A DNA stretch of 51,024 nt, taken from the IMG/VR virus record IMGVR_UViG_3300030098_005111. One strand, written 5' to 3'. The stretch is from a virus. Positions within the stretch are counted from its first letter, which is position 1. The number at the start of each line of letters is the position of its first letter. The notes beneath the pieces are model-generated. The model worked only from the letters and a program-made list of their open reading frames with translations. It ran no database searches and had not been told where the DNA came from. The position numbers and the translations under genes were made by a program. Positions 23,147 through 34,900 of this stretch are shown one piece after another.

Positions 23147-24796
23147 ATGGCTAGTACATTTACAACAAATTTAGGTATAGAAAAACCAGCAACCGGAGAT
23201 AAAGCTGGAACATGGGGAACCATGACAAATACCAACATGGACTTAATTGATGAAGCAACTAATGGTGTTGTTAGTATCACGTTAGCAGCAACAGGTAGTT
23301 CTGGATCTCCAAATGACTTACCTATAACTAATGCCACTTCATCTAATGGTAGAAATAAATTTATAGAATTTGTTGATGGTGGTGATTTAGGTGGAACAGC
23401 ATTTGTTCAACTTAGCCCTAATGATGCGGAAAAAATAGTATTTGTTAGAAATAGTTTGTCAGGTAGTCGTAGTATTTTAATATTTCAAGGGACTTATGAT
23501 TCTGGCCGAGATTTTGAAATTCTAAATGGTAAGGATTATATATTAAAGTTTCCAGGTAGTGGTTCTTCTTCAACAGTTGCAACTGTTTTAGATAATCCAG
23601 TAATAGGTAGTAATTTAGAAGTAGGCGATAACCTTACTTTATCATCTGATTCGTCTGTATTAAGTTTTGGTGCAGATAGTGATGTTACTATCACACATAA
23701 TCACAACACAGGAATAACATTAAATGACAAAGATATTTCTGGTGTTGCTACTATTAATGGGGCAGGTTTACAAGCACATAACTACATACTCAATCCAGAA
23801 TTTAATGTAGCTCAACGTGGTAAAGTTATAAATGCAACAACTCCTTTTTCAGGTGCAAACAATGATGCTAGTTATACTTTAGATAAGTGGATTTTACTAA
23901 GTGATGGTAATGATATTGTTGATATTGCTCAAACTGACTCAAACGTGCCTACAGGTAGTCAAAACGCAATAGAATTAGAAGTAGAAACTGCCAACAAAAA
24001 ATTTGGTATTGTTCAATTTCTTGAGAATGTAAACTGCGAATCTATCTTGGGACAAGAGGTAACTTTAAGTTTTCAAGCCCAAGCCACTGCAAATCTTGAT
24101 GATGTTCGTGCAGCTATTATAGCTTGGGATGGCACTGAGGATGCTCCAACTAAAGATATAATTAATTCTTGGGAAGCTGAAGGTTCTAACCCTACGTTAG
24201 TATCTAATTTTACTTTTGAAAATACACCCGCTGATTTAAATGTAACTACTTCTTTTGCAAAGTATTCTATTACAGCAACGATAGATACCTCTGGAGCAAA
24301 AAATGTAGCTGTTTTTATATGGTCAAATGTTACTGGAACCACGGCAGGAACAGATAAACTACAAATATCGCAAGTACAATTAGAAAAAGGTTCCTCTGCA
24401 TCTGCGTTTTCTTTTACAGATTTTAGTGATCAATTTTTAAAATGTGCAAGATACTTTAGAGGGTGGTTAGAAACAAGTGACGATTCTGCAAATGCTAGTG
24501 CAATCGCTACTGGACATAGTTTTACAACGAGTTCAAGATTACAATTATTTAATGTAGTGCCCTTTCGTGCGACCCCAACAATAGATCAAAATGAGTTACT
24601 GATTTTATCAAGCACAGCAGCCAATGTAACCACAATTAGTTCAATAGGAACAGTAGGTCCTGGACAAAATGGGCTTACTTTTAATGCTGCTTATTCAACC
24701 ACATCTTTCACAACAGGAGGTCAAGTTGCACTTTTTTTAGATACAGCAGAATCAGGAACATCACGTTGTTTTATTTCATGTGAATTAGGAGCTTAA
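23147..24796 (+). CDS. Tail fibre / receptor-binding protein
   Basis: 549 aa. The N-terminus TNLGIEKPATGDKAGTWGTMTNTNMDLIDEA matches a widespread tail-fibre N-terminal motif (L.L.KP..G...W....N.N...ID). Confidence 0.5.
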   Translation: MASTFTTNLGIEKPATGDKAGTWGTMTNTNMDLIDEATNGVVSITLAATGSSGSPNDLPITNATSSNGRNKFIEFVDGGDLGGTAFVQLSPNDAEKIVFVRNSLSGSRSILIFQGTYDSGRDFEILNGKDYILKFPGSGSSSTVATVLDNPVIGSNLEVGDNLTLSSDSSVLSFGADSDVTITHNHNTGITLNDKDISGVATINGAGLQAHNYILNPEFNVAQRGKVINATTPFSGANNDASYTLDKWILLSDGNDIVDIAQTDSNVPTGSQNAIELEVETANKKFGIVQFLENVNCESILGQEVTLSFQAQATANLDDVRAAIIAWDGTEDAPTKDIINSWEAEGSNPTLVSNFTFENTPADLNVTTSFAKYSITATIDTSGAKNVAVFIWSNVTGTTAGTDKLQISQVQLEKGSSASAFSFTDFSDQFLKCARYFRGWLETSDDSANASAIATGHSFTTSSRLQLFNVVPFRATPTIDQNELLILSSTAANVTTISSIGTVGPGQNGLTFNAAYSTTSFTTGGQVALFLDTAESGTSRCFISCELGA

Positions 24797-24798
24797 AA

Positions 24799-24987
24799 AT
24801 GGCAACATATACAAATGCACAATACACCGAAGATGAACTTTATACAGGTGGCCCAACTATTAAAAATATAAAATGCACACTTGATGGTAGGAATATTGTA
24901 GTTCCCTTAGATTCTAAAAATAGTGATTACATAGCAATTCAAAAAGAAGTTGCCGCTGGAAATTTAACTATTGCTAATGCTGAATAA
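24799..24987 (+). CDS. Hypothetical protein
   Basis: 62-aa ORF. Confidence 0.4.
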   Translation: MATYTNAQYTEDELYTGGPTIKNIKCTLDGRNIVVPLDSKNSDYIAIQKEVAAGNLTIANAE

Positions 24988-24988
24988 A

Positions 24989-25177
24989 ATGAAAGATATG
25001 GATGAAAAAGTACATGATGTTGCTGCTAAATTAGAGGCTCATGTAGCTCGTTCGGAGGAACGAGACAAAACTGTTTTCAACCGACTTGATAATATCGAAC
25101 GCAATATTCGACAACATACTTTTGCTTTATTAACAGGAATGGCAGGTGTTATTCTTACTTTATTATTGAGATTGTAA
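24989..25177 (+). CDS. Small coiled-coil protein with C-terminal TM (XhlA-like architecture)
   Basis: I trimmed the track TTG start to the ATG at 24989. A helical N-terminus is followed by FALLTGMAGVILTLLL. Confidence 0.35.
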   Translation: MKDMDEKVHDVAAKLEAHVARSEERDKTVFNRLDNIERNIRQHTFALLTGMAGVILTLLLRL

Positions 25178-27477
25178 TGCCATTAGTAAAACTACAATTT
25201 AGACCAGGTATTAATAAAGAAAGTACATCTTATGCAAATGAGATGGGTTGGTTTGATTCTAGTTTAATACGCTTTCGCAAGGGCCGTGCTGAAAAACTAG
25301 GTGGTTGGTTAAAACTTAGTTCTGACACTATTTTAGGAATCGTTCGTTCTCTTTTTACTTGGATAGCTTTAGATGGCTCAAAGTTCATGGGCGTAGGAAC
25401 GAGTGAAAAATTTCTTATTGAAGAAGGAGGTATTTATAACGACATTACTCCTTTGAGAGCTACACAAGCAAGTTTATCTAATCCGTTTACCTCTACAAAT
25501 TTAAGTTCAGTGTTAACCGTAACTGATGCAGATCATGGTGCTAAAACGGGAGATTTTGTTACTTTTTCAGGAGCATCAACATTTAATGGAGTAGCCGCAT
25601 CTGCAATTAATACAAATTTAAAAATAACTGAAGTATTAAGTAGCTCACAATATAAAGTAGATACGGGTGATGCAGCCTCAAGTTCAGGAACTGGAGGAGG
25701 AACTGTAACTGCTAAATATGAAATATCAGTAGGTACTAGTTCTGCTGTGCCAGGTATAGGTTGGGGTGCAGGATTATACGGTGGTAATTTAAACGATGTA
25801 GTGGCTACTACATTAAATGGAGCTGTAAGCACAAGTGCCAGTTCTATAACACTTACTGATGCCACTGGTTTTGCTCTACCATCGGATACCACCCTATCTG
25901 CTGACATCGAGATAGATGCTGCAACTATCGCTGTAGCTGATAGCTCTAATTTTCCCGCAAAAGGCACAATAAAAATTGGTAGTGAAAATATTATTTATAC
26001 AGGTAATGCTAACAATACTTTTAGCGGTTTAACTAGAGGTGCTGATGGCACCACAGCTGCTACAGCAAGTAGTAGTGCAGCTGTAAAATTATTAGGTTTA
26101 ATAAAAATTAATAACGAATTAGTTTTATATGACACAGTATCTACGAACACATTAAGTGATTTAACTCGTTCCGCTAGAAATACTTCTGTTTATAGTGGTA
26201 CAAGTAGAAGTTCTCCTACTACAGCAAACGCATCTCATAGCGATGGAGATGTTGTAGTTTTAGCAAATGATTTTTCAGGATGGGGTAATTTATCTGATAA
26301 TACAAGTGCTAACTTACAGTTAAGACTATGGTTTCAAGATAATTTTGGTGAAGATTTAATATTTAATGCAAAAGATAACACACCTTATTACTGGGATAGA
26401 ACTTTAACAACAGGCACAAGAGCCACTGATTTAGCCTCTCAATCCGGTGCTTCAGATGCACCAACAATAGTTAGACAAATAATGGTTTCAACTGAAGATA
26501 GACATGTTTTAGCTTTTGGTTGTAATGAAGTTGGTTCTACAACACTTAATCCGTTACATGTAAGATTCTCAGATCAAGAAAATCCTTTTGTGTGGACACC
26601 AAGAATTACTAATACAGCAGGTGGTTTAACTATATCTTCTGGTTCAGAAATAATTCGTGCGGTAAAAACAAAGCAAGAAATATTAATTTATACTGATGTA
26701 AATACTCACTCTATGAAATTTTTAGGCCCACCTAATACTTTTGGTATTACTTTATTAGCTAGTAATACATCTTTAATAGGTCCAAATGCTGTGACCACAG
26801 TAGCAGATAGCGTATTTTGGATGAGTACAGAAAACTTTTATGTGTATGCAGGTCGCTTATCTATTATACCTTGCACTGTGTTACGACATATTTTTGATGA
26901 TATTAATATTGACCAAAGCGAAAAAATAGTAGCAGGGTCAAATAAAATGTTTGATGAGGTATTTTGGTTTTACCCATCTTTGAGTTCGGAAGAAAATGAT
27001 AAATACGTTAAATATAATTATGCTGAAAAAACATGGGATATAGGCACATTATCTCGAACTGCTTGGTTAGATTTTAATATTCACACTTTACCAAGAGCTG
27101 CAGGTAATGATAGTAATGGCAACACTACTGTATTTACGCATGAAACAGGTACAACCGATGATGGCGCAGCTATGACCAGCTTTATTGAATCTGCTGATAT
27201 AGATTTAGACCCAGATGGTAATAATTTTATGTTAGTTAGCCGTATTATTCCTGATATTGCATCAACAGATCAGGTTGATTTTGTATTAAAAACTAGAAAT
27301 TTTCCTGGTGATACATTAGTGACTAATTCAACTAATGCGATATTACCTACCACACAACAGTCTTTTACTCGAGCTAGAGCACGACAAATAGCATTACGTA
27401 TCGAAAGTAATATATCTAATGTTAACTGGACGTTAGGAGATACTAGGCTTGACCTTAGACCAGATGGGAGGCGATAA
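25177..27477 (+). CDS. Large tail protein (tail-tubular-B-sized)
   Basis: 766 aa, called from size and position only. Confidence 0.4.
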   Translation: MPLVKLQFRPGINKESTSYANEMGWFDSSLIRFRKGRAEKLGGWLKLSSDTILGIVRSLFTWIALDGSKFMGVGTSEKFLIEEGGIYNDITPLRATQASLSNPFTSTNLSSVLTVTDADHGAKTGDFVTFSGASTFNGVAASAINTNLKITEVLSSSQYKVDTGDAASSSGTGGGTVTAKYEISVGTSSAVPGIGWGAGLYGGNLNDVVATTLNGAVSTSASSITLTDATGFALPSDTTLSADIEIDAATIAVADSSNFPAKGTIKIGSENIIYTGNANNTFSGLTRGADGTTAATASSSAAVKLLGLIKINNELVLYDTVSTNTLSDLTRSARNTSVYSGTSRSSPTTANASHSDGDVVVLANDFSGWGNLSDNTSANLQLRLWFQDNFGEDLIFNAKDNTPYYWDRTLTTGTRATDLASQSGASDAPTIVRQIMVSTEDRHVLAFGCNEVGSTTLNPLHVRFSDQENPFVWTPRITNTAGGLTISSGSEIIRAVKTKQEILIYTDVNTHSMKFLGPPNTFGITLLASNTSLIGPNAVTTVADSVFWMSTENFYVYAGRLSIIPCTVLRHIFDDINIDQSEKIVAGSNKMFDEVFWFYPSLSSEENDKYVKYNYAEKTWDIGTLSRTAWLDFNIHTLPRAAGNDSNGNTTVFTHETGTTDDGAAMTSFIESADIDLDPDGNNFMLVSRIIPDIASTDQVDFVLKTRNFPGDTLVTNSTNAILPTTQQSFTRARARQIALRIESNISNVNWTLGDTRLDLRPDGRR

Positions 27478-27644
27478 TGGCAAAATTACTTGTGTCATCG
27501 TTAGCTCAGGCACCTGATGAGTATGATGCAGACACCCTACAAAGCATTTTACGAGAAATCGAAATTGCTTTGCAAAGCAAAGATTTTCCACAACAAGTAG
27601 AGGGTAAAGATAACTCTCGTAGTTTAGCGTGGTTTTTAGGCTAG
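27477..27644 (+). CDS. Hypothetical small protein (55 aa)
   Basis: Hand-translated as MAKLLVSSLAQAPDEYDADTLQSILREIEIALQSKDFPQQVEGKDNSRSLAWFLG. It has a TAATG overlap upstream and its stop abuts the next ATG. Confidence 0.45.
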   Translation: MAKLLVSSLAQAPDEYDADTLQSILREIEIALQSKDFPQQVEGKDNSRSLAWFLG

Positions 27645-27995
27645 ATGAGTACGTTTTATAAAAATGCAAAAGTAGATTTAACTACTACAGGTATTACTAC
27701 TTTATATACTGCACCTACGGCCACTAGCACTGTTAGTCCAGCTACAGCTATCTTTAAATCTATTTTAGTTGCAGACGATAGTGGGTCAGCTTCCACTATA
27801 ACATTGACAATTACTGATACGTCATCTAACGTATTTGTATTGTTTAACGTCAAAGCCACCACTGGTAATGGCACGGTTGAATTATTATCTGCGCCATTAG
27901 TAGTAGAAGAAGGGGAGGCTTTAAAAGTTACGGCAGGTAACGCTAACCGCTTACACGTAGTAGGCAGCTATTTAGAGATTACTAGAGATGACTAA
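27645..27995 (+). CDS. Hypothetical virion protein
   Basis: 116-aa ORF. Confidence 0.45.
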   Translation: MSTFYKNAKVDLTTTGITTLYTAPTATSTVSPATAIFKSILVADDSGSASTITLTITDTSSNVFVLFNVKATTGNGTVELLSAPLVVEEGEALKVTAGNANRLHVVGSYLEITRDD

Positions 27996-29319
27996 CGGCA
28001 TACAACAATTAGCAGACAATTTAGCAGAATTTGGACGATATGGTGATACCTATATGGTACACGCAGCAGAGGGTGAGACAGTTGTTCCTGCTGAGATATT
28101 AGAAGCTAATCCAAATCTTAAAGACGAATTATTCAGACAAATGCAATTAATGGGTATTCAAGACCCTAATCGTTATGTCGTAGGTAATACCTTAAATAGT
28201 ATTAACCCTATCACTGGTCAACCAGAATTTTTCTTTAAAAAATTATTTAAGAAGGCATTTAAAGTTGTAAAAAAAGCAGCTCCTATTGTTGTAGGTGCAG
28301 TAGCAGGTCCACCCGCTGGAGCAGCATTAGGGGCAGCTATAGGTGCTGCTGAGGGTAAAGGACTTAAAGGTATTTTAGGTGGAGCAGCAACAGGATTTTT
28401 TGGGGGTCAAGCATTAGCAGGTGGGATAGCTGGTTTTCAGGGAGCACCTTCAAGTGCTGGTCTTTTTAGTAAATTAGGATCAGCAGTTAGGGGTGGCATT
28501 GGTAATCTTTCTTTAGATCCAAGAGGAAGTAAAACTATTGGTTTTGGTCAATTATTTGGACGAGCAGCACCAGCAGTACAGAGTAAATTTGCATTACCTA
28601 CAACAGGTTCGCTTGGTAGTGAAGTATTATCAACGACGCCTCCAGAAGGTTTAATGTCCTCCCCATTTGAAGCAGCAAAAAAAGTGCTTGAAAAAACACA
28701 ATTAGGAGATCCAGGTTCTAAATCACAATTTTTAGAAGTAGCAGGGTCTAAATTTCCAACGTCTCTTAAGGATATTAATGTTGGAAGTAAGGTAGCAGAA
28801 GCAGCTAAAACTACAGGTGGTTTAACTAAAATAACAGATGCTTTAAAAGGTGATTTAGGCAAAAATTTATTAAAATTTGGTTTACCATTGGGAGCTGCGG
28901 CTTTTGCTGCTAAGTATCAATCAGATTTTAATAAACAAAGAACTGATGTAAATCCACAAATGACAGCGGGACAAGAGTTTTTTAGTACACCGCGTGACCA
29001 AAGAACAGCAGAACAACAGTTTGCAGCAGGAATAAGTGCTCCATTTGGAGCAGCAGAGTTAGCTAGACAAACTGGTATAAGTATTGAAGATGCACAAAAT
29101 TATTTAAGTTCAGCATTTCCTAGTGAGCGTTTAATGGCAGCGACGGGTGGTGAAATAGTAGGCCCAGGCACTGGCACATCAGATAGTATACCTGCAAGAT
29201 TGTCTGACGGTGAGTTTGTATTAACAGCACAAGCAGTCAGGGGTGCGGGTAACGGAGACAGAGATTTAGGTGCAGCAAGAATGTACGACTTAATGAGTCG
29301 ATTTGAAAGGATGGCATAA
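27988..29319 (+). CDS. Gly/Ala-rich virion protein
   Basis: 443 aa. The C-terminal GPGTGTSDSIPARLSDGEFVLTAQAVRGAG resembles a motif recurrent in marine podovirus structural proteins (by recall). Confidence 0.4.
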   Translation: MTNGIQQLADNLAEFGRYGDTYMVHAAEGETVVPAEILEANPNLKDELFRQMQLMGIQDPNRYVVGNTLNSINPITGQPEFFFKKLFKKAFKVVKKAAPIVVGAVAGPPAGAALGAAIGAAEGKGLKGILGGAATGFFGGQALAGGIAGFQGAPSSAGLFSKLGSAVRGGIGNLSLDPRGSKTIGFGQLFGRAAPAVQSKFALPTTGSLGSEVLSTTPPEGLMSSPFEAAKKVLEKTQLGDPGSKSQFLEVAGSKFPTSLKDINVGSKVAEAAKTTGGLTKITDALKGDLGKNLLKFGLPLGAAAFAAKYQSDFNKQRTDVNPQMTAGQEFFSTPRDQRTAEQQFAAGISAPFGAAELARQTGISIEDAQNYLSSAFPSERLMAATGGEIVGPGTGTSDSIPARLSDGEFVLTAQAVRGAGNGDRDLGAARMYDLMSRFERMA

Positions 29320-29328
29320 GGAAGTAAT

Positions 29329-30180
29329 ATGAGTACAAACCCAAACGAAACGCAACAAACGGTAATTAATAGACCAGCTCCTTTTATTGAGGATTATACT
29401 AGAAGATTATTAGATCCTGTTTTTGCATTAGGTACTACTCCCAGAGATTTACCACAACAAGAAGTTGCACCATTAAGTAGTTTAGTTACTAGAGATCTAG
29501 AACAAGCAAGAGGATTGCCTTCTTTTTTACCATTTCTTACTGAAGCTGCTGATGTAGCGAGAGGTACAGCACAAGCTCCTACTGCTGCAAATCTACAACA
29601 ATTTATAGATCCTAACCTTGCGTTAGTAAGAGATGCTGCTTTAAAAGAAATAGACAGGGGCGGTTTACAACAACTTAATCAATTACGTGGTGATCAAGTA
29701 GCGCAAGGTGCTTTTGGTGGTACTCGTCAAGCAGTACAAGAAGCAGAATTAGGTAGAGGGTTACAAGACGTTCGTGCTAAAACTATTGCGGGTTTGCAGT
29801 CTCAAGCCTTTCAAGATGCACAAAGAGCTTTTGAAAACCAACAAGCAAGACAGGCAGGTTTAGCTACTTTATTAGGTAATATAGGGTTACGAGGACAACA
29901 AGCACAATTAGGGTTAGGTGGACTCGAGCAATCCTTTGCACAAAGACAACTCGATACAGATTTCTTAAATCAACAAGCTCAATCACAAGACCCATTTACT
30001 CGATTTGGATTTATTAGTGATATTTTACGTGGCGTACCAAGTTTTCAACAGCAGTTGACATCAACTCAAGCTCCTGGTGCTAGTCCGTTGTCCACGGCTC
30101 TTGGTACAGGAATAAGTGTTGCAGGTTTAGGACAAGCCGCAGGGCTACCTAGCGTAGCTAACTTTTTTAGAAGGGATTAA
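29329..30180 (+). CDS. Putative internal virion protein
   Basis: 283 aa, Q/A/L-rich and helical. The order and size parallel T7 gp14-16-type ejection proteins. Confidence 0.35.
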   Translation: MSTNPNETQQTVINRPAPFIEDYTRRLLDPVFALGTTPRDLPQQEVAPLSSLVTRDLEQARGLPSFLPFLTEAADVARGTAQAPTAANLQQFIDPNLALVRDAALKEIDRGGLQQLNQLRGDQVAQGAFGGTRQAVQEAELGRGLQDVRAKTIAGLQSQAFQDAQRAFENQQARQAGLATLLGNIGLRGQQAQLGLGGLEQSFAQRQLDTDFLNQQAQSQDPFTRFGFISDILRGVPSFQQQLTSTQAPGASPLSTALGTGISVAGLGQAAGLPSVANFFRRD

Positions 30181-30182
30181 TT

Positions 30183-31985
30183 ATGGTAATAGATGATAGA
30201 CAAATAAACCCTGTTGATCAAAAAGCTGCGGAGCTATTATTAAACGAACGGCTTAAAAACTTTACAGGTCCAATATCAGCAAGAGATATCAGAAGACTTA
30301 GTATATTACAGGCTCCAAGAACTGGAGGTGATCTTAATTTAAGAACAAGTATTTTAGATGCTCCAAGAACAGGTGGGCAACCTTTGGCCAGTGAACAAAT
30401 GTTACAAGGACAAAACATAACGGGTGATTTAGATCCTAATCTTACGCCTGGATTACTTCCTCCTAAATTTGCTTTTTTAGAAAAAAAGCCGAGTGGAGGC
30501 CGTTTAACGGATAGTGATTTTAAAGGCATAGATAGAGCTAGTCTAAGAGATGAAGATTTATTTCGAACGGATAGACGGCTACGAGAAATAGCAGAGGAGA
30601 GAGGTGAGCAATTACAAGGTATGCAAGCTGGCCCTAAGACACCAGACGAACAACAACAAGAGCGTAGTGAAGATTCATTGTTGGGTCCAGAGGATGTTAG
30701 ATCCGCAATTCGAACTTTAATTTCAGATCGAAGAGCAGAAGAGAGAGGGTCAGATGGAACGCAAGAGCCTATAACGACTTTTGTTAATACTTTAAATAAA
30801 GATAAAACACAGGGACAACAAAAAGAAACTATTGATGATTTTTTTAAAGAGTATATGGATGTTATGCCAGAGTATGAGGGTAAAACTAGATTTGAAAAAG
30901 GTATGGATTTAGCTAAATTTGGTCTGTTAATAGCAGGGGGCAAAAGTCAAAATGCTTTCGATAATTTTTCAGCGGCTATGGAAAAAATGGGAGACACATT
31001 TACTGAAGACGCTAAAGAAAAAAGAATTTTTAAACGTCAAGTTGAGTTAGGTAAAGCTAAATACGGATTACAAAAAATTAACGAGTTAAGAAATCAAAGA
31101 ATGCAAGATGCTAGAAATATTTCTTATTTTGTAGCAACATCTGACTTAACATTAGCTGATGGTCAAAAGATAAAAAAAGGAGAAATGTTTAATTTAGGAA
31201 TGGATTATATTGCAGAAAACGGTGTTCCTCAAAATTCCCAGCCGTCTGATTTTTATGTAGAAACACAAAAAGCCTTAGCAACAAGAGATGCAAATCTCGC
31301 AAAAGCATTGAAAGATACTAGAATAAGTACATCTGATGCAAAATCTATAAGAAATGAGTATGACGATAACTTAAACGGCATAAACGAATCTAATAGAGCA
31401 ATAAAAAATATTGATGATTTGACTCAAGGCATGGTTGATAAACAAGGTAATATTTTTGGTGCATCGGGTATCTTTCAAGCTACTAAAGAAAATTTAAACG
31501 CCTTAATGAATAAATCATCAATAGATCCAAACTCTAGAGAAAAATTTAGTAGAAAAGAGTGGGAAGGAAAATTAGCTTTATTAATTCAACAATCAATACC
31601 TTTGGCATTAAGAGAAAATCAATCTGCTAATTCTATTTCAAATTTTGACGTTCAAAATTTTGTAAAAGGTTATTTTGATGATATAGGTTTAAGAGAGAGA
31701 GGAAAATTTGGTTTTTCAACTGCTTTTTCAAATCCAAACGTAATATTTGAAAAGTTATTAGAACTTAGAAATTTAGCTGTAAGTAAAAGACAACGTGCAA
31801 TATCTAATTTAGACTCTATTGATGAAGAAGTGACTGGTTTGCAACTTAAATCAGGACGAGAAGTATCTACAATATTAGAGCCTTTTCAACAAAAAAGAGA
31901 GTCTGCAACTGCTCAAACTAAAAAGCTGCCAGCTACTTTAGTGCAAGATAAAGATAACCCAAACTTATTTCGAAAATCAAAATAG
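30183..31985 (+). CDS. Putative internal virion protein
   Basis: 600 aa, called from size and position. Confidence 0.35.
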   Translation: MVIDDRQINPVDQKAAELLLNERLKNFTGPISARDIRRLSILQAPRTGGDLNLRTSILDAPRTGGQPLASEQMLQGQNITGDLDPNLTPGLLPPKFAFLEKKPSGGRLTDSDFKGIDRASLRDEDLFRTDRRLREIAEERGEQLQGMQAGPKTPDEQQQERSEDSLLGPEDVRSAIRTLISDRRAEERGSDGTQEPITTFVNTLNKDKTQGQQKETIDDFFKEYMDVMPEYEGKTRFEKGMDLAKFGLLIAGGKSQNAFDNFSAAMEKMGDTFTEDAKEKRIFKRQVELGKAKYGLQKINELRNQRMQDARNISYFVATSDLTLADGQKIKKGEMFNLGMDYIAENGVPQNSQPSDFYVETQKALATRDANLAKALKDTRISTSDAKSIRNEYDDNLNGINESNRAIKNIDDLTQGMVDKQGNIFGASGIFQATKENLNALMNKSSIDPNSREKFSRKEWEGKLALLIQQSIPLALRENQSANSISNFDVQNFVKGYFDDIGLRERGKFGFSTAFSNPNVIFEKLLELRNLAVSKRQRAISNLDSIDEEVTGLQLKSGREVSTILEPFQQKRESATAQTKKLPATLVQDKDNPNLFRKSK

Positions 31986-31995
31986 GTCTTACATC

Positions 31996-34900
31996 ATGGC
32001 AATTATAGATGTTGAAACCCCTGAAGGTATAAAACAAGTAGAAATTGAAGGGGATACACCTACAGAAGAAGAGTCTGAATTAATTTTAAATACCTTTTTT
32101 CCTTCCGATTTAGATGCTCAGTCGCAAGCACCATCAGACGTTAGCCCTTTTGCAGGTATGTCATTAGCAGAGGCAATACAACAAAGCAAAACAGGCACTG
32201 GTCAAACTATACAAGGTGAAGATGAGCCTATAAAGCCAACTCACATTGGAGAGGTAGAGAGTGCTTTAGTACAAGGAAGCGTGGCTCGTGGCTTTGATGC
32301 AGAGGACAAAGCACGAAGAATAGAGGGAATATTTGGCGAAAACTCTTATTTTCAAGATGAAAAAGGTAATTTTATTTTAAATTTAGATAATATAAATGAT
32401 GAAATAAAAGACGAATATAACTTGCCTAAAGCTGGATCAATTTTTGTTAATCAGCCAGGATTAACTAAGTATGACGTTTCTAATTTTTTTGCAAAAGAAA
32501 TTTTTCCATTACTAGGTGGTGTTGGTGCTGGTATAGCTACCACTGGGATGGGAGCTTTTGCGGCTGTTCCTCTGGTTGCTTTAGCCTCAGGAGCAGGAAA
32601 ACTTTTTGATGAAGTTGTTGTTAGAGACTTAGAAAGACAAGAAAGACAAGAACCTAAAGAAATAATGAAAGACGTAGGTTTTGAAGCATTATTTGTCGGT
32701 GTATTTGATACTGTTTTGCGAGGAATTGCTAAAGGTGTTGGCTATTATGCCAAAGGTAGAGGTGCTGAACCTGATCAAGAATTAGTTGATCAAATAAAAG
32801 CTAGAATTATAGAAAAAGATAAAGTAAGCGAGGCAAAGGCTTTAAAACAAGCAATTCCAATAGCTCGAGAAGCTCAAGCTCTATCAATGAGACAAATGAT
32901 TGATGAGGGGGCAAGAATACCTGTTGAGACTTTATCTGGTAAATCTATTTTAGGCAGAACTCAATCTATTTTAGAGCAAATTTTTAAACCAAATAAAATT
33001 TCTACAGAAAATCGTATTTTTGTAGAAAAACAAATTAACGATGCTAAGTTAGGCTTGTTAGATAAAGAAGAGGCATTAGAGAATATAAATAGAGTTATAG
33101 ATCCAATTATTGAAAACATTTCGGTTAGATTACAGACAGATGATGCTATAAAAATAGCAAGACAACACATGGACGATATTCTACAGCCTCAACTTAAACA
33201 ACTAGAAAAAGCGTTTGAGGTAGATCCTAACTTGTCAGCAGAGCCTTTTTTAGATGCGCTAGATTCTTCTTTTAAATTATTTAATATGCACACGACAAAT
33301 TTGTACGGTCAAGCGGATACTGCTTTTAAATCTGCGGGTCGAGATGCCAAAATCGATTTAAAAGACATAAAAGATACTCTTAGTTTAAGAGGTTTAGGGC
33401 CTGAAGCACAGCAAACCACTATGGCTGCCTTGCAAAAAGCTCAATTAGAAGACATAGATGGCAAAGAAATAATAAAAGTTTTAACTGATCCTCAGTTTAA
33501 TACAGTTGATATTAATCAAATACCTTTAGTCAGGTCAGCTTTACGATCAACTATTTTAGACCCAAATTTAAAAAATAGCCCTTCAGCTAATTTAATAGGC
33601 GACGTAATAAAACAGTTAGATGAGGCTGTTGAAGCAAAAAAATTAAAAGCAATAGAAGAAAACAATCCAGCATTAAAAGATGCAATAAATAAATTAGAAG
33701 AAGCACAAGATTTTTATAAAACTAATATTGAAGGGATAAATTCAGGCATTAATAACGCCATTCGTGCTCAGATTAAACAAGGTTTTGCTGCCGATGGTAA
33801 ACAATTAGTTGATTTATTTGTTAGTCGAGGCGAACCTAATAAATTAAAGAACTTCTTAAATTCTATTACTCCTTCTGCTTTTGTAAGAGGACAATTAGCA
33901 CAGGTAAGAAAAACAGGCGATGATGTTTTAGAACAAGCAGCTAGAGATTTTGATAAAGGCACAACTCAAGGTATAAAAGACGGCATATTAAAATTAGAAG
34001 GTGCAGATTTTCTTAAAGCCAGTGACAAAAAAGGTAAATTTAAATTTGATAAAAATCAAAACTTTTTAAAATTTCCAGAGCAATATAAAACATTACCAGA
34101 TGACCTTAATTCTGTTGGTGGTCAGTTAAAACGAAGAGCTACTAGAGAATATGCAGAAACTTTACGTTTATATGATCAACTTTCAAAACGTAATATCGAT
34201 CCTGTTTCTTTTAAAGAAAGTTTTAGAAAAAAACTTGCAGGAGAGTGGATAGATACTAATAAAGGCACTACTTTAAAAGAATTGTCTGATGCTTTTGAAA
34301 ATCTCGGAGAAGCTACTGGTAAACAATTATTCGGTAAAGACTATGGTCGAGTAAAACAACTGATGAATGATTTTGCTATAGACGATCTTAGTCAATCAGG
34401 AAGAGCACTGGAAACCGCAGCATTAGAAGGAGTAAAAACGTCTACTAAAGGTCTTGATGAGGTATTAGAACAATTAAAAGTAGCTCAACTTCAAAAAACT
34501 GCCGATTCTCAAGATGCTTTTTTGAAATCAATAAATTCTGGAAGGATAGCCGATACAGATAAACTTGTTAGTTATGTATTAGATAAAAATAACACTAAGG
34601 CATTTTCATCTTTACAAAAAGAACTTTCAGAGGGAGAGTTAGATAATTTTAAAACAGCAGTCGTTCAAAGATTATTGCCTGTTAAAATAACGGCAGATAA
34701 AAATACTATTGCTGAGGCCATAAAAAGTGGTGAGTTTGCTAGAGAACTAACAAAAAAAATACAAAAAGACAAAAATAAACTTGTTGAAATTTTAGGAAAA
34801 GAAGAGGTAGACAATCTTTCTAAAATAGCAAAACAATCAGGCATAGTATCTGATGAAGTTTTAAAAGGCCAAACAGGTCTTGCCGCAGCCGCTTTTTCGG

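Noticed and set aside
30218-30943. 241-aa antisense ORF inside the 600-aa virion gene, and similar long antisense ORFs (8269..8658, 13661..14098, 25533..25967, 34665..35018, 37439..37786)
   Set aside because: They lie opposite well-supported sense genes, give Ser/Pro/Leu-rich low-complexity translations, and lack SD and operon context.
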